Shown: in pieces, positions 13,068 to 23,355 of the stretch
Position numbering within the stretch: position 1 is the stretch's first letter
How the letters are laid out: each line of letters opens with the position of its first letter
Source of the DNA: Vicugna vicugna
Taxonomy: Eukaryota
Reading direction: 5' to 3'
Assembly: GCA_013265495.1 (NCBI GenBank)
Contig: MU058000.1
Coordinates: forward strand, 3,113,905 to 3,138,498
Length of the DNA: 24,594 bases
Program-made: the position numbers and the translations under genes
Notes under the pieces: model-generated
Told to the model about the DNA's origin: nothing
Databases searched by the model: none
What the model saw: only the letters and a program-made list of their open reading frames with translations

Positions 13068-13185
13068 GGGGGAGAGTATAGCTCAATGGTAGCATGCACG
13101 AGGTCCTGGGTTCAATCTCCAGTACCTCCAGCAAAAAAGTAAATAAATAAATAAACCTAATTACCTCCCTCCGCAAAAAAAAAAA
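13068..13185 (+). mobile_element. tRNA-derived camelid-type SINE, long form with internal deletion
   Basis: gggggagagtatagctcaatggtag (A box), ggttcaatct (B box), (AAAT)n-cctaattacctccc and an A tail. Aligns with the 11910 copy apart from a 13-nt gap and smaller differences. Confidence 0.85.
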
Positions 13186-13323
13186 GGGGGGGGGTGAAAA
13201 TAAGTGGTGATATATTTCAAAAAAATTATGTTAAAGGCCTCCAGACAATTCCAGTAAATAAAATTGCTGCTGATAATACATGTTCTGTAGCTATATATTT
13301 AGACACATTTTAAGAAGTGTCAG

Positions 13324-13423
13324 TGCAGTATAGTTCAGTGGTAGAGTGCATGCCTAGTGCGCAGGAGGTCCTGGGTTCAATCCCCAGTATCTCCATTAAC
13401 AAAAAAAATGAAAAATGTTTTTA
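13324..13423 (+). mobile_element. tRNA-derived camelid-type SINE, short form
   Basis: gtatagttcagtggtagagtgcatgcctag...gaggtcctgggttcaatccccagtatctcc plus an A-rich tail. Flanked by the direct repeat AAGTGTCAG (13315-13323, 13424-13432), a likely target-site duplication. Confidence 0.8.
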
Positions 13424-14659
13424 AAGTGTCAGAATATAGTCTTACCCTCAAGTAGTGATAACACTCTTCCTTAAATTAATTTTTAAAAAACTTTAATTAC
13501 TTTAATTTTAACACATAGAAACTATAGGTCAAGTAATAATAATCACTCTCTGAGTCCTTTTGTATTAGTAATTAAATCCATCTTTAATACCATTGTTCTC
13601 TTACTCCAAATGGTTAGCCTCAGGCTACCCTTTGACATTTGTCCCCAAAGTGAGTAAAAAGCGTTTAAAACTCCCAATATGTTTCAATGTGTTTCAAACA
13701 CATGCCAGTATTTACCTCATTATGGGAGGTATAAATATCAACAAACATTTAGCTGCTCAAAAATAAATACTATTATTTTCAAACTGATAATGCATGCGAT
13801 TTGGGTGTGAAACAGAAAGGATGTGTTAAAAAAAATCAGTATCCTCCCTTTTCTGTTCAGGACTCTAAGATGATCAGTGTATCCAGGTCAAGGATAATTC
13901 TCTCTGGCTTTTGGCCATAAAGTGATTCTGAACATCATTTAACCCCATACTTTCTGGCACAAATGCCAGAGTCTGCTCCAAGAAGGTCCAGAGATGAACA
14001 AATTAAAAATAGGGGCTCAGATACATGTAGTACACAGGGCAGAGAGAGCCGAGACAAATCTTCTCTGCCAGGTGCCTGTGCCCACATGGCAGCCACTGCT
14101 TCTGCTTACCAAGGGTGGCCCCCAAGGATATTCAGAGGAAGGACCCGCATTTTGGATGTTTAACCAGCCTTTCATGTCTGCAGGATCATGTTCAAAACTG
14201 CTCAAGGTCCTCCTCAAAGGGCTACAATAAAGAAAGGAATTTTTTCCTGTAAATATGGGAGGTATAAATCACCTGTGCTGCTTCGTAAGAGGCTCCTCTA
14301 ACAACTACTATAATTTCGGAATGATTTTCTCAGTAAGCCCTCAACCCTGCAAGCAGGTTGAAACATTCAGTTTCCCACAGTCTCAGGAAGAGACAAGTAA
14401 GATTTGTTCATTCAGTTTGGTCACAGGAATGACAACAAATGTTCATTTCCAAGTATAATGACATATGTTCATCAGTCCAATGCTCTCTCCCGCCAGTCCT
14501 CACCCCTCTCAAGGTGTTGAATGGTCCTTAATGAAAACCAGGTAAGAAATATAAGAATTCACACTAATTAATGATGTGGAGGAATGAGCACCTCCTCTTG
14601 ACCTCTGTCTCTCACTAAACACAAATGTTCAAGCCAGGAGTTTGTGGATCAGGAGTTAA

Positions 14660-14890
14660 GAGGTAAGGTATGGTTGGTTAAAAGCATGAACCAAACTTAG
14701 ACTGATTCAGCTCCCAAATTATATGATCACGTATAAGTCATGAAACTTTGAGAAAATGTAGAATTATGCAAATACCTGGACTTTATACCCAGATTCTATA
14801 ACTGGGAGAATTAAATGAGTCTCTTTCCTCCTCTCTCTCTCCAAAACAGCGCCTGCCCCTACGAGGTGCTCAGTCAGCATTAGCTGTTCT
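14660..14890 (+). mobile_element. MIR SINE fragment interrupted by a (TC)n tract
   Basis: ggttaaaagcatg at the start, gagaattaaatgag, and aaacagcgcctgcccctacgaggtgctcagtcagcattagctg resembling the MIR 3' end. Confidence 0.45.
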
Positions 14891-15185
14891 GTTTGAAGTT
14901 GTTCATGCTGAATTCTCTGGTGTTAATGTTGTTTGCATTGTTTATGCTGATTAGTGTTGTTTATGTTGAATTACCTAGCTTTGTATGTTTGGAAATGTGT
15001 GGTTTAGGGAGTGAATAGATTTCATGCTGCCGTCCAATCTCTACAATCTTAGTAAACTCTAAAAAAACAAAGTACAAAGCAATAAAACATAATCCTTCAG
15101 GAAACATAAGGAGACAGAACCAATATATCAACATATCCATGACTTGAGCCAACCTGACCTTGATAATTTGTCACACGATCACTTC

Positions 15186-15650
15186 AAATTTTTATCGAAG
15201 CATAGTTAAGGCACAATATTATATAAATCACAGGTGTACAATATAGTAGTTCAAATTTTAAAAGGTTATACACCATTTATAGTTATTGTAAAATACTGGC
15301 TATATTCCCCGTGTTGTACAATACTTCCTTGTAGCTCACTTTATACCTAATATTTTGTACCTCCTAACCCCCTACCCCTACAATGCCCCTCCCCATTTTC
15401 TTCTCCCCACTGGTAACCACTAGTTCTCTATATCTGTCAGCCTGCTTCTTTTTTTTTTTTTTGTTATATTCACTATTTTATTTTAGTTTTAGATTCCACA
15501 TATAAATGACATCATACAGTAGTGGTCTTTCTATGTCTGATTTATTTGACTTAGCATAATGCCCTCTAAGTCCATCCATGTTGCTGCAAATGGCAAAATT
15601 TCATTCTTTTTTTTATGGCTGAATAGTATTCAATTGTCTGCGCGTGCGCG

Positions 15651-15687
<37 letters not shown>

Positions 15688-15833
15688 CATTTTCTTCATC
15701 CATTCATCTGCTGATGGACACACAAGTTGCTTCCATATCTTGGCAACTGTAAATAATGCTGTTATGAACATGGAGGTGCATGTACCTTTTGGGATTAGTG
15801 TGTTTTCTTCAGATCTGTACTCAGGAGTGGAAT
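15186..15833 (-). mobile_element. L1 3' segment (ORF2 end plus 3' UTR), antisense
   Basis: Antisense L1 hallmarks: ttagattccacatataaatgacatcatacagta; tccatccatgttgctgcaaatggcaaaatttcattc; catccattcatctgctgatggaca. The minus-strand ORF 15613-15888 contains TCTSMFITALFTVAKIWKQLVCPSADEW, the ORF2p C-terminal motif. Confidence 0.9.
15657..15684. repeat. (TG)14 microsatellite inside the L1
   Basis: Uninterrupted tg run preceded by a (CG/TG) mixed tract. Confidence 0.9.
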
Positions 15834-16139
15834 AGACATTTTTGGAAAGAGGAAATGCAGGTGGCCAATGACCACATGAAAAGATCACTAATCATCAGTG
15901 AAATGCAAATCTAAACCACAATGAGCTATCACCTCACATCTGTCAGAACGGCTATCATCAAAGAAAAACACACACACACACATACAAATAACAAATGCTG
16001 GCAAGGATATGGAGAAAGGGAACTTTTGTATACTGTTGGTGGGAATATAAATTGATGAGGCCACTGTGGGAAACAATATGGAAGTTTCTCAAACAACTAA
16101 AAATAGAACTATTATATGACCCAGCAATGCCACTCCTGA
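15831..16139 (+). mobile_element. Inverted L1 ORF2 segment (same insertion as 15186-15833)
   Basis: Sense L1 text: aatagacattt...gaaatgcaaatctaaaccacaatgagctatcacctcac...aacaaatgctggcaaggat. ORF 15995-16180 contains HCWWECK-like [36 protein letters not shown] of ORF2p. Confidence 0.9.
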
Positions 16140-16984
16140 TTCGTTTCAATCTTTACAAGTATAGGTACCCAAAAATCTAAGATAGCCTGGATTTGAACCA
16201 GGAAGGGTGACTGTGGATACTGTGTCTCTTAGTTGCTGAGGAAAAGGTAATCCTATATATTGGGCTTTGTATAGATATTAGCATTGGATTATTACAAATC
16301 AATGTAACTGCAGAGTTATGGATAATATCAAGCTGCAAAGAGCAAAGGAGAGGTGATTAACCACTACTGACGCACAGGGTAGTTATATTCTGTCCTTTTC
16401 TCAATATTAAACATTCATCAGACTATGACTAATATTTACCAGATTTATTTTTTTTTATTGATTACTTCCAAATATTTGGCTTTATGTTAGTTGCTAATAA
16501 TGTTAGGGGAAATATAGATAGCACAGTTTCCCATCAAGCAGCTTACAATCTTGTTGAAGAACATGTGTTTGAGAGACTGACCTGATACCTATTTCAGGAG
16601 AAGAAAATTGAAATGTCGTTGTCTACTGGCCAAAGAATCCACATCTACTTGTGTTTTGAAAAATTTTTACTGGGAGAAATTCAATTGTTTAAGAATCTGT
16701 TATCAATGGCTTTGGATTTAGTCAATTGGCAGAGTTATCTAATAGAGAATCTCTTTTAAAGCACATAGAAATGCTAAAAAAATATTTTTTAAAATTTAGA
16801 TGCATAGATAACGAAGTTTGAAAAAAAGGAGATATCTTCAGGTACAAGAAATAAACAGGGAATCTCACAGCTAGAGCCGTAAACACGCAACATGAGTAAG
16901 TGAGAGTCCAGGGGCTTCTCAATCTCAAAAATCAGCTCACATAGTTATTGTGGTTGTTGTTTGTGTACGTGTTCAACTTTAAGG

Positions 16985-17185
16985 TGGCTTTTTCATGTTT
17001 TATGACAATTTCATTTTGTGATTTTGTAAAACATTTTCATGGTTCAGAAGTCAAAATGATTTAAAAAGATATGTTCAGGGAGGACTCACTCTCTTTCTTA
17101 GACCATCCTACTCCTACAGGAAACTATTTTCAACCCTTTCACTAGTCTCTGACTTATACTTCTGATATGTATGTAGTAAACACAT
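16985..17185 (-). mobile_element. Ancient L1 (L1ME-like) 3' UTR fragment
   Basis: aacattttcatggttcagaagtcaaaatgatttaaaaagatatg...aggaaactattttc resembles antisense old-L1 3' ends. Very diverged. Confidence 0.4.
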
Positions 17186-17188
17186 AAA

Positions 17189-17425
17189 GAGTTGACCCTT
17201 GAACAACATGGTTTTGAACGGCACGGATCACTTCTTCGCAGATTCTTCTCAACAGGACATACTACAGTACTACATGACCTGTCATTGGTTGAATCCACAG
17301 TTCAATGGACCAGAGTAACCAGGGATATGGAACCACATACCGTATATGCTGTGTAAGTTACATACAGATTTCTGCCTGTGAAGGGTTTGGTACCCCTAAC
17401 CCCTGCATTGTACAAGGGTCAAATC
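17189..17425 (+). mobile_element. Tigger2-type non-autonomous DNA transposon (MITE)
   Basis: Terminal inverted repeats agttgacccttgaacaa / ttgtacaagggtcaaat. Internal tactacagtactacatga...ttggttgaatccacag and cccctaacccctgc match the recalled short Tigger2 derivative. Confidence 0.8.
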
Positions 17426-17429
17426 ATAT

Positions 17430-17570
17430 GGAGATTTGACAGACATATTTGTCCTTCTTTGACTAACTTATTTCACCTAGTGTAATGCCCTCCAAGTCCC
17501 TCAGTGTTGCTGAAAATAGCAAAACTTCATTCTTTTTTATGGCTAAGTAGTATTCCATTGTATATATGAA
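17430..17570 (-). mobile_element. L1 3' UTR fragment, antisense
   Basis: acttatttcacctagtgtaatgccctccaagtcc...ttcattcttttttatggctaagtagtattccattg, homologous by eye to 15540-15635 in this window. Confidence 0.75.
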
Positions 17571-17679
17571 ATATTGTATATACATGCAAGGCACCATATG
17601 CGCACACACACGTATGTGTGTGTATGAGTACAAAACTCATCTTAAGAAAATATCCATTCTGTTTTCTGAAGAGCTTTCT

Positions 17680-18150
17680 CATGAGTTCATGTTGAATTTT
17701 TCAAAGTTCTGTTTAATGTCTATGAAGATAATTGTATTTTTTTCTGTAAATCAATTGATGTGGGAAATTTTACCATAAACTTCCTATTACTGAAATATCT
17801 CAGAATTGTTACCAAAAAACTCCTACTTCATTATATATTAGTTCATTGTGCTATTAGATTTAGTCTTCTACAAAATTATTTATTATTTTGCATTGATACT
17901 CATCAGTAAGTTTGGGCTTTAGTTTTCTTTTTAATGTGTTATTTCAACAGGTTTAGGTTTCATAGCTATCCTTACATGATTTTAAAAATTGAGAATTTTC
18001 TTTCTTTCCCTACACTCTGAGACTACCTTAAATTTCTAGTCTTTAAAAGCTTGGTAAAATCCCTCTGTGAACCCACCGAGAATCACTGTATTTTTATGGC
18101 AGTAGAGTTCTGTGATAACTTTATCTATTTCCTCCATAGATATTTTCTAG
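17680..18150 (-). mobile_element. Ancient L1 ORF2 fragment, antisense
   Basis: gttgaatttttcaaag...tctatgaagataattgtattttt; ttttgcattgatactcatcagtaagtttgggctttagttttc; tttaaaagcttggtaaaatccctctgtgaaccca are antisense L1 reverse-transcriptase-region phrases. Confidence 0.55.
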
Positions 18151-18959
18151 AATATTATCCATTTCACGTAGGCTTACATATATATTTATATATAGTTTCA
18201 TTTTACCTGAAATCTCTCATATACATAATCTTATATACTGGTATCGATTTTAAAAGGGACACACTAATATTTATATACAGAGAATTAAATTTTTAAATAA
18301 TGTATTTTTCAAAGTATAGTTACTAATTTATAAAGTTCATATTTGGACTCAATTTTTGATTCCACAACACACAAATACACACATTCAAGAATTGCTTTGA
18401 AAAAGAAATTAGGATTAAAATAACCTTATATAGGTCCATTCAATAGTTACCAAATATCTTATTGAGTGGAAAGAAGAAAACTGTAGGTCTGCAGTTCTAC
18501 TCAGGGATCCTGCATTACCCAGAGGACTGCAGACCGGTTTTAACATTGGAAATATGACTGTCTTCCCCTAATGCTGTGTTGGAGATGGAAACAGGATGAC
18601 AGATACCTTCCGTGCCTGGGAAACCCTTTGTAGCTAATAGTCAGGATAGACACCTGAGTCCGCCAGGAAGTAGATATGACTAATACACAGGGACGTCTTC
18701 ACAGTAATAACATGGGTATTGCAAAATATATAGATACTGACAGGAAAGGACAGTGTACTCAAAGATCAACTTTAAGTAAAGAAGCTTATATCTGATGCTG
18801 TGACAATAGTTGGCAAAATCCACCAGATGAAGTGTGTTGCCTCTTGTAAAACCTGGTGAAATGTTTAAGTTCCTGACTCAAATAAAGCATGCAGAAAGTC
18901 AGAGGGCGTTAGAAGGATGGCGGTGAGGATGGGAGAAAAAGAATGAAGAGAAAAATTCA

Positions 18960-19600
18960 TCAGAATCGTAATTACCTTCAGGTTTCTCTTGATGCTCTTG
19001 CAAGTTCCCCAAACACAGAGGCAGAACGGTAATGAGCGTGCACAGGGCCACCTTGCGCGGCTCCCACATGGAGGCAAGCCGGAGCTCCTCCCTCTAAGGC
19101 CAGTTGGATCCTGTGGCTTCTACATGTTCCCCTTTATTTACATGGCGCCGTCTCCAGGTCTAATAGACTGTTTAGAGAGCCACAAACAGAAGTTGGTTTA
19201 AGGAGACAACCTGATTTACTGCAAATTCCACTCTCGCTCGTAATCACGAGCAGCAAACCCCTGCGAAGGCTCTAGGGACAAGGACTACGGAAGCGTTGAG
19301 CTCCTAAATACCTCTCAAAGGACACGCTCCAATTCCGATGCGTTCCCAGGAAAGCAGCTGACATTTGTGATTGTCACGCTAAGCGATATTTACTTATTTA
19401 AATGTATTGAGTTTTCCATGGAGAACTTAAGAAATCTCACGTGCCAGGGAGACAGTTACTTCCTGACAGCGATTTTTAGGGTCTGACAAACAGCCACGCA
19501 CTAAGACACTTGCTCTGACAGCTTTGCTAAGGTACAAAGGTGAGCCCCAAAGGAGAAGGTGGCGCCCTTCTGAGATTCCGCTGAAGTGAACTGTAAAGGA
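18960..19600. promoter_or_regulatory. CpG-enriched promoter/enhancer-like block
   Basis: About 24 CpGs counted by eye in about 640 bp at roughly 50% GC, well above the AT-rich flanks, and not a recognisable repeat. Contains minus-strand TGTAAATAAAGG (19142-19131, TATA/forkhead-like) and an E-box CACGTG (19438-19443). Confidence 0.45.
18976..19069 (-). CDS. Candidate first coding exon encoding a signal-peptide-like sequence (unverified)
   Basis: ATG at 19069 reads MWEPRKVALCTLITVLPLCLGNLQEHQEKPE plus 1 nt, then GAAG|GTAATT. In-frame TAG 27 nt upstream and a TATA-like motif about 65 nt upstream. Kozak context is weak (T at -3). No homologue recognised. Confidence 0.25.
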
Positions 19601-20317
19601 GGTCATCTTTACTCAGACCTGGACAGTCTCTCCCTCACTCCTTTATCTTGCCTCCTTTTCACATGCAAAAATATGTTGATGATTGCTTCTGCCTGCATTC
19701 TTCAAACAAGGGGTAAACTTTAAACCTCATCCTACAACACCTCCTTCTCCCCAAAGGCATTCATTTTATCTTTTCTTTTTCTGATTTCTTTTCCTTTGGC
19801 ATTCTTTTTGGATCGCTCTTTGAACTTTTCTTTGCCACCCATCTGATTTAAACAATGTTCTAGAAGCCCCTGCAATTCTTGTTTAAGTACATAAGTGTTT
19901 TGTTACATTGACTTTTACCTTTTTTTAACAGGTTATATTTCATAAGGCATCACTAATACATTATTTGTGGGTATAAAATAATATGTGAAAACATTCACAT
20001 TTATTCCTTCCTATACCTTGTGCCACAGCTAAGAGCCAGCTATTGATGGTGATCTGTTATTCATTCAACAAACATTCTACAACTAAAGACAAAACAATCT
20101 TATGAAGTCTGAGTGAGGCTTTTCATGGAAAAACATAAACTATTATTGGATTCTAACATAGAGGTCATCTCATGAGGTGGAGACTTCCAAAACTGTAATG
20201 CAAGACAGGCTATGGTAAACATATTTTGAGTCTAATAGGACATAAGTATATAGGCATTTATAAAAAAAATATTTACTAGCTTAGGTAAGCAGAAAAAATA
20301 TGCTTAAGAAGTTGGTA

Positions 20318-20794
20318 TGGGCATACCTCGGAAATAATGCTGTTTGGTTCCAGGAAAGGTGGCAAAGTGAATGTCACAATGAAGCCAGTCACATAGATTT
20401 TTTTAGTTTTCAGGGCACATAAAATTTATGTTTACACTATACCATCATCTATTAAGTGTGCAACGGCATTATGTCCAAAATATGCACACCTTAATTAAAA
20501 ATACTTTCTTGCTAAAAAATGCTAACCATCATCGGAGCCTTCAGCAAATCATAGTAGTTACATCCAAGATCACCCATCACGGCTCACCATAACAAGTACA
20601 ATAATAATGACAACGTTTGAAATATTGCAAGAATTACCAAAATGTGACACAGAGACACGGCATAAGCAAATGCTGACGGACAAATGGCGCTGACAGACCT
20701 GCTTCACTCAGGGTTGCCACAGACCTTCAATTTGTAAAAAACGCAGTATCTGCGAAGGCCATAAAGTGAAAAGCAATCAAATGTGGAATGCCTG
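20318..20794 (+). mobile_element. Tigger1 internal-deletion derivative
   Basis: Ends tgggcatacc / ggaatgcctg (Tigger1 TIR CAGGCATACC) with TA at 20316-20317. Internal gcaagaattaccaaaatgtgacacagagac and cagggttgccacagaccttcaatttgtaaaaaacgcagtatctgcgaag match the recalled Tigger1 consensus. Confidence 0.85.
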
Positions 20795-20876
20795 TGTCTT
20801 TAGACAGATTCTATAAATCAAGAAGGAAAAGAGAGTTTCTCTATTTTTGAACTGTAAGCTGCCAAAATGGAACACA

Positions 20877-21075
20877 TATTTATTGAACCAGGCATTCCGC
20901 TGGGCACCCAGATACATGTTCTGATTAAACGTCATTATCAACCCTGTGAAGTAGCATAAACTAATCTGATGTTAAAGACTAGACGAGGGTTACATAACAT
21001 ATAACGTGTCAATTCCTCACGGCCAACGGAATTGTGATTTGAAGTGAGGTCAGTATCATTCACTATCTTTTTACT
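20877..21075 (-). mobile_element. MIR SINE fragment
   Basis: tatttattgaaccaggcattccgctgggcac...caaccctgtgaagtag...gatttgaagtgaggtcag resembles antisense MIR. Confidence 0.5.
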
Positions 21076-23243
21076 AAAAAGCGGCATCGTGACACCTGGT
21101 TTTCCTCACCTATGCCTTTGGCGCTGAAGTAACGCCATACGATGAGGAGAGGGACCTGGTGTGCAAAATAAAATCCGTGAAAGGCAATAGGCTAATGGAT
21201 TAGATTTGGAAAAAAGATCAGACAGTCATTTTTCACATTTTACTCCCGTATGAAGAGATTGGACTGAGCAGGACTGCTATAACCCTCTGAATCAGGAACA
21301 CTTAACACGATTTTCAAGGATGAGCTGCACAGTTGCTCCGGCAGAGTGAAGGATTCCGACAGCAACTCTGTTAGCCTTGTCGGTCTGTTTTTCTGAAGTG
21401 TGCATTTCCTGTTTGCACAGAAAAAGAGGCTGCCATCTCATCAGTTCTATTTAAGGTTAATTTACCTTGAGAGCCAAGGAATCGTATGTTCTGAAAGAAA
21501 GAGGGCTAATCTACACTAATAGAAAATGATTCCACATGGTTTTGCTATTTTCACAGAGAAATCAGCCAAAGCGAAGCCTTCCCTGCACGTTTCACGGAGC
21601 AATAAACTAGAAAAATAGACATCATCGTATAAAATGTACAAGGGAACGTTCATAACTTGTGTTAGCATTGCATTGATGATTAAGGATGTCAAATGTCAAC
21701 AAATGAAGTCCAAGTTTTTGTATTTACTTTTGAATTATTTGTAAAGTATGGGTAAAAAGAGCATTTTTTTCTTTCTTTTTCTTCCTAACAAATGTATCAG
21801 CCCCAGAATGAATGGATTCCTGCCCAGACACAAGTGGGTCATTCAGCTGGTCAACAAGGATGCTTCTTGTGAGAGCAGATTTTTTATGGGGACAGCTGTC
21901 TAGCAGGAAGTATATTGCCATGTGGTCTTTTTGAATTTAGCAAAAGGCTGTCAAATATTCCTAGTCATGACCCACTTAATTTTATAGTCAGTACTTTTAC
22001 ATAGAAGTGTGATAATAATAATAAATCTGGATCTGAAATCAAGGTTACTATAAGTTGGTTACAGACAAGACCAAAGGATAAATATATGCTACATAAAAAA
22101 TGACAGCATTTATGTATTCAAGTGACCTGACTTCTACTCAGTCTGAAGAAACAAGTAACCTTGAATGTAACCTCATTTCCTAGAATCTTAGAATCCCAAC
22201 CTGAAAAATGCACAGACTACCACTTTACAACCATCCCATGAAAGAAATGCTTTCTGCTGTTAAAAGGAGATGGGGTAATAGAGTAATTTTTATTGAGCTT
22301 GGCTATGAAACCTTACAAGAATCAGCTTTTCCTAAGCTGCTATGGGGATATTTAGCTCTATTTCTACTTTCTTTGAGACGTAAGCATTGACCTTGAAAAA
22401 AGTACGAAGCATTTAATGTGACCACTCCAATGAAAAATGGCCATTTAGGGGAACGGGCCCATCTCTTGTTTGCAGTGGTGTCTAGTTCTCTGGGGAATCT
22501 AAGGTGATGACTTCCACAATATGCCTATTAGCCTTCATGTTACGCTAACATACTGATATCAACAGCAAATATTAGCATGCCATTGATTTGGATTTATTGG
22601 ACCCCATGCTGGTAAGAGAATCATCTACCTTGAAGGAGATGACTTGATAAAGTTCGAGAAGCCAGATTCTTAATTTACCATTTATTGCCATTCAAGAATT
22701 TATGCAATTACTCATTTGAGATAAAGTGCCCGGGTGTGCTCCTACCCCAGTGGGGTCACAGAACCACGTTTATACCATGCAACGCATCAGTCCATTGTCC
22801 TGACTTTGATTCCAGTCTTCATCCTTGGCCACTTTTAAAATTCTATTAATCATAAAGATGAATTTCTAACAATGTTAGAGGCTTGTGATAATTTGGGCTG
22901 TGATTCCTGTATCTGGTGGTCAGTTCTCACCCTCTAAAGGATGTTCGCAAGGAGCAGACATCGTGGAACAAATGCGTCAATTGATGTTGCTTATCGGCCA
23001 GACATTGATCATTTCATCCTTCTCTTTCTGCTATCCCAACTTCCATCTGATTAAGTCCATGAGTCCTTTCTTTCCTCCCTAAATACCCTAATGCCTGAAC
23101 AATCCTGAGAGAATTGGAAGGGAATTGTAGCTCTTGGCTACAGAGGGATCCAAGATTTAGGTCACGGACTCATGATAAGCACAGATAACATTAGTGCTTT
23201 GATGAGACGCAGGTTTGGTGGACCGACTTGAGCGTACTGTTTA

Positions 23244-23355
23244 TAGGGTGACTATCAGTCCCTATTTGCCTGGCATCTTCTGTTTAAGCACTGAAAAGTA
23301 TCCTGTCCTGGGAAACCTCAAGGTCCCAGGCAAACAGAGATGGTTTTTCACTCTA
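23244..23355 (+). mobile_element. MER81-like hAT-Blackjack MITE
   Basis: 112 bp with termini tagggtga / tcactcta, subterminal tttgcctgg / ccaggcaaa inverted repeats and the agcactgaaa core. The 8-bp target-site duplication is no longer recognisable. Confidence 0.75.

Noticed and set aside
11910..13423. tRNA genes
   Set aside because: A and B boxes are present, but they sit in SINE bodies with A-rich tails and no intact cloverleaf.
14497..14541. Plus-strand 45-nt exon (ctctcccgccag|...CAG|GTAAGA)
   Set aside because: Good splice signals but stops in two frames, an unrecognised peptide in the third and no linked exons; shows how easily pseudo-exons arise here.
1..19069. A full GGTA1-like (GT6) pseudogene assembled from the candidate exons
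   Set aside because: Resemblances (KVxLxxL, FxSW, RGEL, TxW, LFCM) are short, exon boundaries and motif spacings do not match GGTA1 as I recall it, and an equally weak C1q reading competes; not supportable without a search.
16500..20300. Additional L2 fragments (about 16500-16560, 18435-18470, 20060-20300)
   Set aside because: Only short L2-like phrases such as tcattcaacaaacatt; too diverged to delimit by eye.
79..22107. Window-wide enrichment of TGACAG/CTGTCA (MEIS) motifs
   Set aside because: Roughly 20 seen by eye against about 12 expected for a 6-mer on two strands, several inside repeats; not convincingly above background.
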